Shown here: positions 9,963 through 19,462 of the stretch, piece by piece
Layout: the number at the start of each line of letters is the position of its first letter
Position numbering within the stretch: the stretch's first letter is position 1
Assembly (NCBI GenBank): GCA_021827145.1
Contig: JAKAXK010000001.1
Span: forward strand, 9,006 to 73,005
Direction: 5' to 3'
DNA: 64,000 bases
Source: Pseudomonadota bacterium
GTDB lineage: Bacteria > Pseudomonadota > Gammaproteobacteria > Acidiferrobacterales > Acidiferrobacteraceae
The notes under the pieces: model-generated
The model's database searches: none
The model's input: the letters and a program-made list of their open reading frames with translations, nothing else
Told to the model about the DNA's origin: nothing
Translations under genes and position numbers: made by a program

Positions 9963-12900
9963 GTCGCCTCCTCCGTCCCCATCGGCGCGAGTGCCGTCAA
10001 CAAGACATCGACCCAGACCCGCACCTCACCCACACAACGTACCACCGGCCGCGCCCCCGGCCGCGTGTTGAAGATCGGCGCCTCCGGGTCACGATTGATG
10101 GCGACGATCTGGGTCTCGGGCGCGATACCGGCCAAGTGCTGCGGGGCCCCGGAGACGCCCAACGCGAACAATAATCGCGGTGCCACCTGGAGTCCGGTCT
10201 GCCCGATCTGATGCTCAGACGACAATATCCCGTTCTCCTGCACGCACCTGCGGGTCGCACCGAATGCCACCTCGCATCCCATCATAGCCGAGAGCCGCGA
10301 TTTAAGCCTCATCAACCCCCTCTCGAAGAAAGCGGGGTCGGCCCCGCCATAGCCGACATCGATCACCACCTCGGCGGCGGCGAGACCCGTGGCGCGGTGC
10401 CTCTGCAGGGCACGCGCCAGCCCCCCCGGGCGTACGCAGGAGGGCGTCCAATCCTCCACGATACAGGTTCCCTCGCGCCCTGCCGTGCCCGTCGCGCGCA
10501 CAGAGAGGCCCGCCACCAGGACCGCGTGGTCGGGGCAGGGACTCAGCCATACATTTCCCCCGCGCGCACAGACCAGATCCCCACCCTGGCAGGCGACGAC
10601 ATCCATGAAGAGCGGGCGACCGAGATGTGCGGCCAAGGCGCCGGCGAGCGCCGCGTATTCGGGCCCGAGCACAATATGGGGGGCTGGAGCCAGATGCTCG
10701 GCAAGCAGGGCCACGCAAGACGCCGCAGCCGCCGGCGTAATCAGCCGAAAGAGCGGTGTATCCAAACCCTCGGGCGGTGCATCGCCGCGGTCTTGCGCGA
10801 GCCACACCCCGCCCACCGCAGGTCCGAGACTGTGTGCCAGCGCCCCCGGACCCCGTCCGAGTGCCCCGGAGCCTGTCACTGCCATCACCGGCGCGAGCCT
10901 GGCGGTGCCGGCGACTACGCGCGCCGCTTCGACCGGCGTGCCCCCGATCTGCGCGAAGACCCACGCCGCAAGATCCTCGGGCCTTTCCATCACGGCCGGC
11001 GCGGTGGGGGTGGTGGGTGCCTCGGGGCCGGCGGCCACCGAGACGGATGCGAGCCGCTGTTCGTCCGGGGGACTCTGCAGGGCCTCGATCCAATCGGCGA
11101 TCGCAAAGTCGTCGCTGCGGCCGGTGGCGTCAAAGCGGCCGGATGCCAGGAGCGTGCGCCCATAGCCCGCGCGTACGCGCGCACCGTGGGCGCGTCTGAC
11201 GATGTAGCCCCGACGGTCCGCCCCCGCGCAGGCCGCCACACCGTCGATGAACGGGGCACCCAAGGCCCCGGCCAAGGCCGCCAGAAAGGTCGGTTCCTGG
11301 GGACCTGCGAGTATCAGCGCGGGCCCAAGCGGCGCGAGCAGACGGGCCACGGCTGCGGGGTCCGCCAGGCCGCCGGTGGTCACGGCCAGCGGATGGGCGC
11401 CAGCGGCGCGCAGCCGTTGCACGACATCCGGACACGCCGTGGCGGTCAAGACCAGGGTTGTAAGACGCAGCGCGGGCGTGCGGTCACGGGCCTCCAAGGC
11501 CTGATCAAGCGCGGCGCGGTCGCCACGATCCAGGCGGATATCGGCGCCATCGGGATGCGCAATGTCCCGCAGAAGCACGATGATGTGGCCGCCGAGGCCG
11601 TGAAGCGCGGGCACCGGTCGGGCACGCCGATCGGCGCGGCGATGGGCAAGCGCCACCACCGCCTCCTCGTAGGCCGCGCCCACACCGAACAAGGCGGTAA
11701 GGGCGCGCACGCGGGTGGCGACACCCGCCTCGCAGTCAGACTCGAGGGCCCGCAAGGGGGCCAGAAAGCGTTCATCGGCGCCCCGGAAGGCCAGCGCCAA
11801 GCGCCGTTCGACGAGCGCCACCCAAACATACAGCTCGCCCACCCAGTCGACCACGGGAAACCAGAGGATCTGGGCGTCACCGTCGCTGCCTACGCGCGCC
11901 TTGAGCTCGGCGACACGCGGGCGCATGAAATCCGCGAATGTCCGCAAGGCCCGATCGAGGGCCGGACTTTGCGTTGCGCCAGCCTGCGCGAATCGCGCGC
12001 AAAGCGGCGCGAGATCCTTCAATACAAGGAAGCGTTGAATCTCGTTGGTGCCCTCGTAAATATTGAGGATGCGGGCGTCGCGCCGCCACTTCTCGATCGG
12101 CTCCGACACCGCCGCCGCCTGCGGACCATGGGCGCGCTCGAGCGCGAGCAGCACACGATGGAGGCCCTCGGAGGCCAGGAACTTGGAAAGCGCCGCCTCG
12201 ATGCGGAAATCCCCACGGCGCAGATCGGCGCGATCCATGAGGCCTACGAGGCGCGCGCCCAAGGTCCGCACCCGCTCGTATTCGGAGCGCGCCACCCTCG
12301 CCACCTCGGAGTCGGCGGCGAAGCGATCCCCGTAATCCTCGAGCAGGCGCTCGAGGAGGTTCGCGGCTCCGACCACGAGCCCGCCACGACCCACGCTTAA
12401 GGTCTCCAGGGCACTGACCTGCCCGTGGCCTTCGAAGCCTATAATGCGGCTTACGCACACGCGCACCGACGATAAGACCAGCTCATTGGTGGGCGAGGCC
12501 CGCTGGCCGAGTTTGCGCTCGTCGCGCCCGACCGCGAATCCCTCGCAGCGGCGCTCGACCATGAACCCGGTCTCGCCCCCCGGCGTCTGGGCGTACAGAC
12601 AGTAACGATCGGCGATCGAGCCGTTCGTGATCCACATCTTCGCGCCCGACAATTCGAAGTACTCGTAGACTGGACCGCCCGGACCGTCCACCGGCACGCC
12701 CCGGTCGTCGTAGTCATACATGACTCCGGAGTCCAACAGCACACGGCGGCGGCCCTGCCCGGTATCCCAGGCGCTGTCGTCGAACCGCGCCAAGGCGCCG
12801 TCCGGGAGGCGGTAATGGACCCCGGTATCCGTAAATTCGATGCGCCGCTCATCCAGCAAAATCCGCGGTCCCTGCGGCGTGCCGAAGCGCCAGAGGCCGG

Positions 12901-15900
12901 CGGCGTCGGGTGTAAGCGACGCGCGGGCGGGGCGCGCGCGGGTGGTGACCGCCCCGGTATCCGAACCGGCCGAGGGTTCGGTGAGCGCAAACGCGCTGAT
13001 CTCGCGGTGCGCCAAAAACCGCAGGAAGCGTTCATGGGCCGCTAGGCGTGCGGGCAGGCGCGACCGCTCCTCGGCCAGTCGTGCGGCAAACCGCGTAAGG
13101 CCTTCCTGCAGGAGCTGGGCGCGGGCGGCAAGACCATCCAGGTCACGGGCGCGGGCGGTGGCCACCAAGGTCTCGAAATCGCCGAGCAGATCGCGGGCCA
13201 GATACTTCAACACTGATCCAGGTTTCAGGAAACGCGTCTTCACAAGCGCCGCCATGGCCTCGAGGGTCTTCTTGATGGCCATCGAGCGCGGCCGCTCGCT
13301 CAAGGCGCGCAGCCTGGCCGCCGCGCGACGCAGTTCCTCGAGCGCACCCTCCGGGTGGTCGCCGAGCTCCTCGACAAGCCGCGGGATGTCCTTTTGCAGG
13401 GCCAGCAACACCGGCATGGTGCCGATGCTGGTGCTCGCCATGACCAAGAGGCCCACCGACGGGTCGACACGGCCCATGAGGAGGCCCGCGAGGACCGCGT
13501 ATTCGGCCTTACTGAGTCCGCGCCCGCCCAGATTCTCGGGGATCACGGTGGCAAAGGCCTGGAAGTCCTTCAGGCGCTCGACATCGGGGGCCGGCACCGC
13601 ATGATGCGCATCGATGGAACGGCCATACACTTTGCCCCCAGGGTCCCGGAAACCACGGCGCACGAAACGCAAGACCTGTGCGCGCATACGCCGCAGAGCG
13701 GGATCGGCGCGAAAGTCCTCCGGCACGAACACCTCGGTTGCCCCCAGAATCTCGCCGGACAGAAAGGCGCCGCTGCGATACGCAAAAGGCGCGGTCGCGC
13801 GCGGCGTGGTCTGCAGACGGCCCGCAACCACGGGCGCGGCACTCGGGCGCGGGTTCTCGAAGAAACCGTGGCGCAAAAACAGGGCCGCCTGTGCATCGTC
13901 GGGCTCCGTCCACAAGGCCCGTTCCCAGACGCCATGGGCGCGCCCGTCGAGACCCGCCGGCCACTGCGCGAGCACCATGGCGTCGCGGTAGCGATGACTG
14001 AGGATATCGTCCTCGGAGTAGGCGATGCCCCCGAACACCTGACCCGCGCACCAGGCGACACCGTCCTGAGACACACCGAAGCGTTCCTGGAGGAGCGCAA
14101 CCACGGCGCGCGGTTCGCGATCGCACCAAGCGCGGAGCCGATGAGCGAGCTGAAGTGCGTACTCGATGACCGCGAGCAGACGCTTGACCGCGCCGAACTT
14201 GATCACCGCGTCCGCACCGTCGTGATCGCGATAGCCGCCGGCGAACTGAACGCGCGAGCGGGCATGGGCCTCGGCACGGGCCCCGAGCGCCTCCCCATAT
14301 CCTTCCATGAGCGCGATCAAATAGCGGGCGAATACAGCATCGACAAGAAACGGTGCGCGGCGCGCGGCGGGAACGCGTACGCAGCGAGCGACGTCGAGAC
14401 CGACCGCCCGTTGCGCGCCCGCGGTCTTCAACGGCGCGGCGCCCTTCCCCCCATGGGCGCCAACGTCCGGAAACCACGCGGATAAACGGTCGGACTCGCG
14501 ACAGAGGTCGGCGCTCAGACGCGCAAGACGCTGGCCACGCCGGCCCTCAGCGAGCAGGTGATGCATGGCGACGAAGCCCAGTCCGGTGTCATGCTCGGCC
14601 AAGGCCGCCAGCACATCCTCGGGGCGCGCTTGGCGACGGTGCAGGAATCGCACGAGATCATCGCGATCATCCTCGCCCCACGCCTCGGCCATGGCCGCCA
14701 TACGCGAAACCGGAAAGAGCGCGGCCGCCGCCTCGCGCAGGGCGCGTCTGGTGTTCGCTTCGAGGTCGGCACAGCGCGCGCTTGGGCGTACTCGAGGAAG
14801 GCATCCCAACAGCGCGTCATGCACGGCCCCGTGCGCACCGCGGTCCCACAGCCGCAGCAGACGCTCGAGGTCTGGCGGACACGCGGCGATCAAGGCCTCG
14901 CGCATCGTCGCCCGAAACGCCGGGCCGGGCGCTACCGGCCGCGCGGCGATGGCGCGCGCGAGGGCCCGCAAGGTCTTATCCTCCGGCACGGCGGCGGGAC
15001 TCACGACGAGGTCGCAGGCCACACTTCCATCAAGTTCGAAACGTTTGGCCTCTGGGAGCTCGTAGATGAGCCCGTGACCGTCGGTGCGGCGCCAATCCAT
15101 GGTCGGGACCATGATCCGGCAGGATTCGCATTTTATGCAATTCTCGAACGTGGCCCACGCGCCGCCGGCCGCACCCCCCGGTTGATAGACCTCGGCGGGG
15201 CAGACGCGGCGCAAGCGCGCGGCGGCGGCCTTCGGAAGGTCGCGCGGGACATGGATGTGGCGCCGCTCCGGCAGCGGACGCCCCAAGGGGGCGAGCCATG
15301 CCATGGGGGAATCGGCGGGACTGCCATCGAACGCCAGACGCGCCCGCGCGGCGCGTTCGGCGCGATAAAATGACTCGTCCTTGAGACGCGAGCGCCCGGC
15401 GGCCATCACGACGGCCGCGTCGGTCATAAAACTTAAGGTCCCGGACGCGGTCAGGGCCGCGCCGCGCGCCAACGCCCGCACCGCGAGCGATCGCACCCGC
15501 TCCGGTATGGCCGCGGCGAGACGGGTCTCCAGCAAAGGTAAGGAACGGCCGTAGAAATACCCCAGACCGCGGGCCAGCGCGGAGAGCAAGGACCCACCGC
15601 CGTCGACCGGCGCGAGGCGACCGCCCGCGCCGCGCAAAAAGGTCACGGCCAGCGGCGGCGTGTCGGTGGGGGCCGCTGTGCGCGGCACAGAGGCGACCGT
15701 CGCGAGCGTGGCGCGATCACGCAGGACGGACAGGGCGGCGCGCGCGCAGGCCCGCCCGTGCGCCGCGCGGCCGGCCATGACCGAGCCCACCAGCGCTGGG
15801 AGATGTTCGAAAAGGAGCGGGCTTGCGTGCAGGGCCTCGGGCCAAGCGGCGGCGAAACGGGCGTTTTGATAGTCGACGCTCTGGCGCAGCCGGCCCCCAT

Positions 15901-16960
15901 AGGACGCGGCCAGGGCCGCCGCCGAATAATCGGCGCGCCCGCGCAGATCGAGCACCGCGTCGGCAAAGGCCACCCCCGACAGGGCCGCCGGTCCCATGAA
16001 ATTCGGATAGGGAAATTCGAGCCCGAGGCCCAGGGAGGCGCCTCCCACGGCGAGCCCGTCATAAACGCCCACCACCCCTTCGCGGAGGCCCCCCGACCGT
16101 ATCACCTTGGCCCCATAGGCCACCTGGGTGGCGCCCTCGAGCAAAGCCGCGATCTCCGGCAGGCGCAGAAAGCGCCGCAAGAGCTGGGGATGGTCGACGG
16201 GGCTCGCCTCGGCGAGAGGTTCGAGCGGGAGCACGAGCCCCACCGACACGCTGGCGCGATTCGTGTACACGAAACCCGTGGCGTCCAAAGGCACGGTGCG
16301 CCCCTTCCAGACGCCGTTGCGCAGCAACCATTCCTGGGCGACCCCCTCGCCCGCGCCAACGCCAAATCGGGCCTCGATGTCGGCGGCAGGCAGCGCGAAG
16401 ACCGCCTTGATCCCCTGGGCATAATGCACGACCGGCCGCTCGAGACCGGCACGCGCGAGCAGGCCCGCGGCATCGCCCTCGGCCAGGAACACAATAGGCG
16501 CCTCGACGGGTCCGCGGGCGGTGTCGACCCCGACCACCCGTCCGCCGCGAAATCGCAAGCCCGTGGCCGCGGTGCGCGGCAAGAGCGTAGCCCCGCTGGC
16601 GATGGCGCGACTCGCCAGATAGCGATCCAATCGGGGACGTAGTACGGTCCAGGCCTCGCCGTAATCGTTACCCGTCACCGCCCGCGCCTCGAATCCGGCG
16701 CAGCCGTCACCCCCGTGGACGAATAGCGAGCGTCCGACGATGCGCCGTTCACGCGGCGCGCGGTCCCATGCACGGACGCCCAGGACGTCGTCGCGCAACA
16801 GGGGTTCGGCGTGATAGACACCACCCGACCAATTCTCCGCGCCGGCGAATTCCGCGCCCTCGAGCACCAGCACGCGCACACCGGCGCGCGCGAGCCGCAA
16901 GGCCGCGCTTATACCGGCCGGCCCCGCGCCTACGATCACCACCTCGGGTCCCTGGCCCAT
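9959..16960 (-). CDS. giant (~2333 aa) fusion protein: FixC-like FAD oxidoreductase + FixX-like ferredoxin + ACAD-like module + full acyl-CoA dehydrogenase + EtfB-like + EtfA-like
   Basis: The start ATG 16960 is preceded by AGGAGG (16964-16969). The FAD motif is 'VVIVGAGPAGISAA'. 'FENCIKCESCRIM' lies at ~15110-15150. 'VFGGIAYSEDDILSHRYRDA' lies at ~14000. 'FALTEPSAGSD' lies at ~12970. 'MWITNG' is also present. 'ILNIYEGTNEIQR' lies at ~12040. The EtfA C-terminal 'QIGQTGLQVAPRLLFALGVSGAPQH' lies at ~10180. Confidence 0.8.
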   Translation of the reverse strand: MGQGPEVVIVGAGPAGISAALRLARAGVRVLVLEGAEFAGAENWSGGVYHAEPLLRDDVLGVRAWDRAPRERRIVGRSLFVHGGDGCAGFEARAVTGNDYGEAWTVLRPRLDRYLASRAIASGATLLPRTAATGLRFRGGRVVGVDTARGPVEAPIVFLAEGDAAGLLARAGLERPVVHYAQGIKAVFALPAADIEARFGVGAGEGVAQEWLLRNGVWKGRTVPLDATGFVYTNRASVSVGLVLPLEPLAEASPVDHPQLLRRFLRLPEIAALLEGATQVAYGAKVIRSGGLREGVVGVYDGLAVGGASLGLGLEFPYPNFMGPAALSGVAFADAVLDLRGRADYSAAALAASYGGRLRQSVDYQNARFAAAWPEALHASPLLFEHLPALVGSVMAGRAAHGRACARAALSVLRDRATLATVASVPRTAAPTDTPPLAVTFLRGAGGRLAPVDGGGSLLSALARGLGYFYGRSLPLLETRLAAAIPERVRSLAVRALARGAALTASGTLSFMTDAAVVMAAGRSRLKDESFYRAERAARARLAFDGSPADSPMAWLAPLGRPLPERRHIHVPRDLPKAAAARLRRVCPAEVYQPGGAAGGAWATFENCIKCESCRIMVPTMDWRRTDGHGLIYELPEAKRFELDGSVACDLVVSPAAVPEDKTLRALARAIAARPVAPGPAFRATMREALIAACPPDLERLLRLWDRGAHGAVHDALLGCLPRVRPSARCADLEANTRRALREAAAALFPVSRMAAMAEAWGEDDRDDLVRFLHRRQARPEDVLAALAEHDTGLGFVAMHHLLAEGRRGQRLARLSADLCRESDRLSAWFPDVGAHGGKGAAPLKTAGAQRAVGLDVARCVRVPAARRAPFLVDAVFARYLIALMEGYGEALGARAEAHARSRVQFAGGYRDHDGADAVIKFGAVKRLLAVIEYALQLAHRLRAWCDREPRAVVALLQERFGVSQDGVAWCAGQVFGGIAYSEDDILSHRYRDAMVLAQWPAGLDGRAHGVWERALWTEPDDAQAALFLRHGFFENPRPSAAPVVAGRLQTTPRATAPFAYRSGAFLSGEILGATEVFVPEDFRADPALRRMRAQVLRFVRRGFRDPGGKVYGRSIDAHHAVPAPDVERLKDFQAFATVIPENLGGRGLSKAEYAVLAGLLMGRVDPSVGLLVMASTSIGTMPVLLALQKDIPRLVEELGDHPEGALEELRRAAARLRALSERPRSMAIKKTLEAMAALVKTRFLKPGSVLKYLARDLLGDFETLVATARARDLDGLAARAQLLQEGLTRFAARLAEERSRLPARLAAHERFLRFLAHREISAFALTEPSAGSDTGAVTTRARPARASLTPDAAGLWRFGTPQGPRILLDERRIEFTDTGVHYRLPDGALARFDDSAWDTGQGRRRVLLDSGVMYDYDDRGVPVDGPGGPVYEYFELSGAKMWITNGSIADRYCLYAQTPGGETGFMVERRCEGFAVGRDERKLGQRASPTNELVLSSVRVCVSRIIGFEGHGQVSALETLSVGRGGLVVGAANLLERLLEDYGDRFAADSEVARVARSEYERVRTLGARLVGLMDRADLRRGDFRIEAALSKFLASEGLHRVLLALERAHGPQAAAVSEPIEKWRRDARILNIYEGTNEIQRFLVLKDLAPLCARFAQAGATQSPALDRALRTFADFMRPRVAELKARVGSDGDAQILWFPVVDWVGELYVWVALVERRLALAFRGADERFLAPLRALESDCEAGVATRVRALTALFGVGAAYEEAVVALAHRRADRRARPVPALHGLGGHIIVLLRDIAHPDGADIRLDRGDRAALDQALEARDRTPALRLTTLVLTATACPDVVQRLRAAGAHPLAVTTGGLADPAAVARLLAPLGPALILAGPQEPTFLAALAGALGAPFIDGVAACAGADRRGYIVRRAHGARVRAGYGRTLLASGRFDATGRSDDFAIADWIEALQSPPDEQRLASVSVAAGPEAPTTPTAPAVMERPEDLAAWVFAQIGGTPVEAARVVAGTARLAPVMAVTGSGALGRGPGALAHSLGPAVGGVWLAQDRGDAPPEGLDTPLFRLITPAAAASCVALLAEHLAPAPHIVLGPEYAALAGALAAHLGRPLFMDVVACQGGDLVCARGGNVWLSPCPDHAVLVAGLSVRATGTAGREGTCIVEDWTPSCVRPGGLARALQRHRATGLAAAEVVIDVGYGGADPAFFERGLMRLKSRLSAMMGCEVAFGATRRCVQENGILSSEHQIGQTGLQVAPRLLFALGVSGAPQHLAGIAPETQIVAINRDPEAPIFNTRPGARPVVRCVGEVRVWVDVLLTALAPMGTEEAT

Positions 16961-17214
16961 ACGTCCTCCTGCCTCCAGTATAGACGCGGTCGCGACCCAC
17001 CATAGCGCGATGCGTCTTCTCGGCAGCCCCCGGCGCCCGGGCAGCGCGCCACCAACGGCCGGCGCCAAGCGCCAACCCACGTGACCGCCTCCGGGCCCGA
17101 CGGTCTCGGTGAGGGGCGCGGTCCCGAACGCCGTGCCGGACCCGCGGCTTGTGTCGGATGAGGACCTACGGCAATGGCGCTAATCTCGGACGCGAGATCC
17201 GCACGGAGGACATC

Positions 17215-18171
17215 ATGCCTGGAACAGCGACCCCGCAAGACGCGCGCAATCCCATCATCGCCATCAATATGGCGCGGATCGCGAACCGCCCGGAGAGCTA
17301 CGAGACGATGCGCAAGGTGGGGCCCAAGGTGTGCATCACGACCGCGACCCATCCAGGCTTCCTGGGCTTCGACCAGTTGCTGCAGGTCGGCATACACCCG
17401 ATGGCGGGGCGCTACGGTGGCGGCGCCCTCGATATGCGCGAGACGCTGAACCCGATTGGGATGTTTCAATACACGGTGTGGAAGGACGCGCGATCGCACG
17501 AGGAGATGCATTATCTCCAGTTCGATACCATCTACGAGCTCTGCTCCCACTGTCTCGCGATGGTGGTCGAAGGCCCGTGGGAGCCACTGTACGAGATCCC
17601 GGCCTCGGACCTGCCACCCTCGATCGGACTCACAGATGTGCCGGGGCTCATGATGGGGCGGGCGGCTGCGCAGAGGCCCGTGCCCAAGCTCGCCTTACCC
17701 AATCGCGTGATAGCCCTCGGCGATCATAGCGTGATGCATGGCCACGAGGAGGATTTCGAGCAAGGGGTGCGCGCCACCATGGACTGGCTCATGGCACATG
17801 CCCCCGGCATGCTCGGATGGATGCTTTTGAAACAGGTCGGGGTGTCGGCAATTGGGTCGTTTCAGCTCGACCCCGAAGGTATGACCAAAGCGACGCTCGG
17901 GGCCAATCCTCCGAAATACGCCACCAATTACGGCGACAAGCCCCTGGACCACCCGCCGATCCCACCGGCCACACCCGCCCAATACTTCGTGCACATGGAG
18001 TGGGAGGCCGCGGAGCTCGCCCACCAGGGTCTGGGCAAGGTGCTTGTCAATATCGACGCACGCCACATCCACGACCAGGGCGTACTTGCCCATATCAACC
18101 GCGGCCCCTACTACATGCTGTTCGCCTCCATGATGGAGGAGGGTACGTGGCGGGACCATCTCGTTCGCTAG
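17215..18171 (+). CDS. sor: sulfur oxygenase/reductase
   Basis: It is collinear with archaeal and bacterial SOR along the full length as I recall them. Shared segments include 'INMA', 'VGPKVC..TA.HPGF', 'W.D...HEEMH', 'LC.HC' and 'GPWEPLYEI'. A GGAGGA RBS precedes ATG 17215. Confidence 0.9.
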   Translation: MPGTATPQDARNPIIAINMARIANRPESYETMRKVGPKVCITTATHPGFLGFDQLLQVGIHPMAGRYGGGALDMRETLNPIGMFQYTVWKDARSHEEMHYLQFDTIYELCSHCLAMVVEGPWEPLYEIPASDLPPSIGLTDVPGLMMGRAAAQRPVPKLALPNRVIALGDHSVMHGHEEDFEQGVRATMDWLMAHAPGMLGWMLLKQVGVSAIGSFQLDPEGMTKATLGANPPKYATNYGDKPLDHPPIPPATPAQYFVHMEWEAAELAHQGLGKVLVNIDARHIHDQGVLAHINRGPYYMLFASMMEEGTWRDHLVR

Positions 18172-18181
18172 GAGATCCGAC

Positions 18182-19459
18182 ATGACATCGAACAAACCCC
18201 ATGTTCTTGTGCTCGGCGGCAACTTCGCGGGACTCGCGAGTGCCCAAAAGATCCGTGAATACGCGGGCGACGCGGTCGATATCACCGTGATCGACCGTAA
18301 TCCCTACCTCCTCTTCATACCCAACATCCCGGCCGAGGTCTTCGAGGGCCGCGACCCGGCGATGACACTCAAGATGGACAGCTCGCGGGCCTTGAGTGAT
18401 GCGCAGGCGACCTTTATCCAGGGCGAAGTACAGGCCATCAACCCCGACACCCGGACCGTCGACTTCATACCCGGGGAGCGCCAGGGCGCACCCTCCGAGA
18501 CGATAGGCTACGACTACCTCGTCATCGCCTTCGGCTGCCGGCTCGCCTATGACAAGATTCCGGGTTTCGCGCAACACGCGCACGCGGCCTCCGACACCTT
18601 TTACGGCAACAAACTGCGCCGCGTGCTCTTTGGGGGCCAATACAAAGGCGGCCCCATTGCGGTCGGTTCGGCGCGTTTCCATCAGGGCACGGCCGTCAAG
18701 GACCTCGTGCCGATGGCGGACGCCGCCTGTGAGGGGCCACCGGTCGAGATCATGTTGTCCATGGCGACCTGGCTCAAGAACCACGGGCTCGGGGGCCCCG
18801 ACAAGATCACGGTGTTCACGCCCGGCAAGATGATTGCCGAGGATGCCGGGGAACAGGTCGTCAATTCGCTGCTGGGCATCGCAAGCCAGATGGGATTCCA
18901 CTACCGTAACAACGTGGGAGACATCGCCGAGGTCACACGGGACGGCGTGCGGTTTACGCAGGGGGATACGCTGGAGGCAGAGCTCAAGATCCTGCTTCCG
19001 GACTGGGTGCCGCACCCCTTCATGAAGGGGCTGCCCATAAGTGACGAAGAAGGCTTCGTGATCACCGATATGTTCATGCGCAACCCCAAGTACCCTGAGA
19101 TCCTGGCCTGCGGGGACGCGGCCGCGGTCACCGTGCCCAAGCTCGGCGCCATAGGACACCAGGAGAGCGAGATCGTGGGCCGACAGATCGCCCGGGACCT
19201 CGGACGCATAGGCGAAGCGGCCGCCTCGGAACCCTTGAAGCCGGTCGTGTATTGCATCGGGGACATGGGCGACAAGCAGGCGTTCTACATTCGCTCCAAT
19301 GCCTGGTACGGCGGCGACACGCAGGTCTTGAAGATGGGGCGGGTGCCGTATCTGTTGAAGATGCAGTACAAGGACCTCTTTTTCCGGACCCAGGGAAAAA
19401 TCCCGCCCTGGGGTCTGGATGCGGCGCAGTTCCTCGCCGAACGCCTGTTCGCGGCCTGA
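18182..19459 (+). CDS. sqr: sulfide:quinone oxidoreductase-like FAD-dependent disulfide oxidoreductase
   Basis: The N-terminal FAD fold is 'HVLVLGGNFAGLASA'. Cys-containing segments 'AACEGPPVE' and 'VVYCIGDMG' sit where SQR redox cysteines lie. The SQR subtype is not assignable by eye. Confidence 0.7.
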   Translation: MTSNKPHVLVLGGNFAGLASAQKIREYAGDAVDITVIDRNPYLLFIPNIPAEVFEGRDPAMTLKMDSSRALSDAQATFIQGEVQAINPDTRTVDFIPGERQGAPSETIGYDYLVIAFGCRLAYDKIPGFAQHAHAASDTFYGNKLRRVLFGGQYKGGPIAVGSARFHQGTAVKDLVPMADAACEGPPVEIMLSMATWLKNHGLGGPDKITVFTPGKMIAEDAGEQVVNSLLGIASQMGFHYRNNVGDIAEVTRDGVRFTQGDTLEAELKILLPDWVPHPFMKGLPISDEEGFVITDMFMRNPKYPEILACGDAAAVTVPKLGAIGHQESEIVGRQIARDLGRIGEAAASEPLKPVVYCIGDMGDKQAFYIRSNAWYGGDTQVLKMGRVPYLLKMQYKDLFFRTQGKIPPWGLDAAQFLAERLFAA

Positions 19460-19462
19460 GTC

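Noticed and set aside
10211-12400. There are very long ORFs antisense to real genes. Examples are 10211-12400 (729 aa), 77-1498 (473 aa), 18095-19753 (552 aa), 56963-58243 (426 aa) and 60275-61414 (379 aa).
   Set aside because: These are shadow ORFs typical of high-GC DNA. Their composition is Arg/Gly/Pro/Ala-rich, they have no recognisable motifs, and each lies opposite a gene with strong family signatures.
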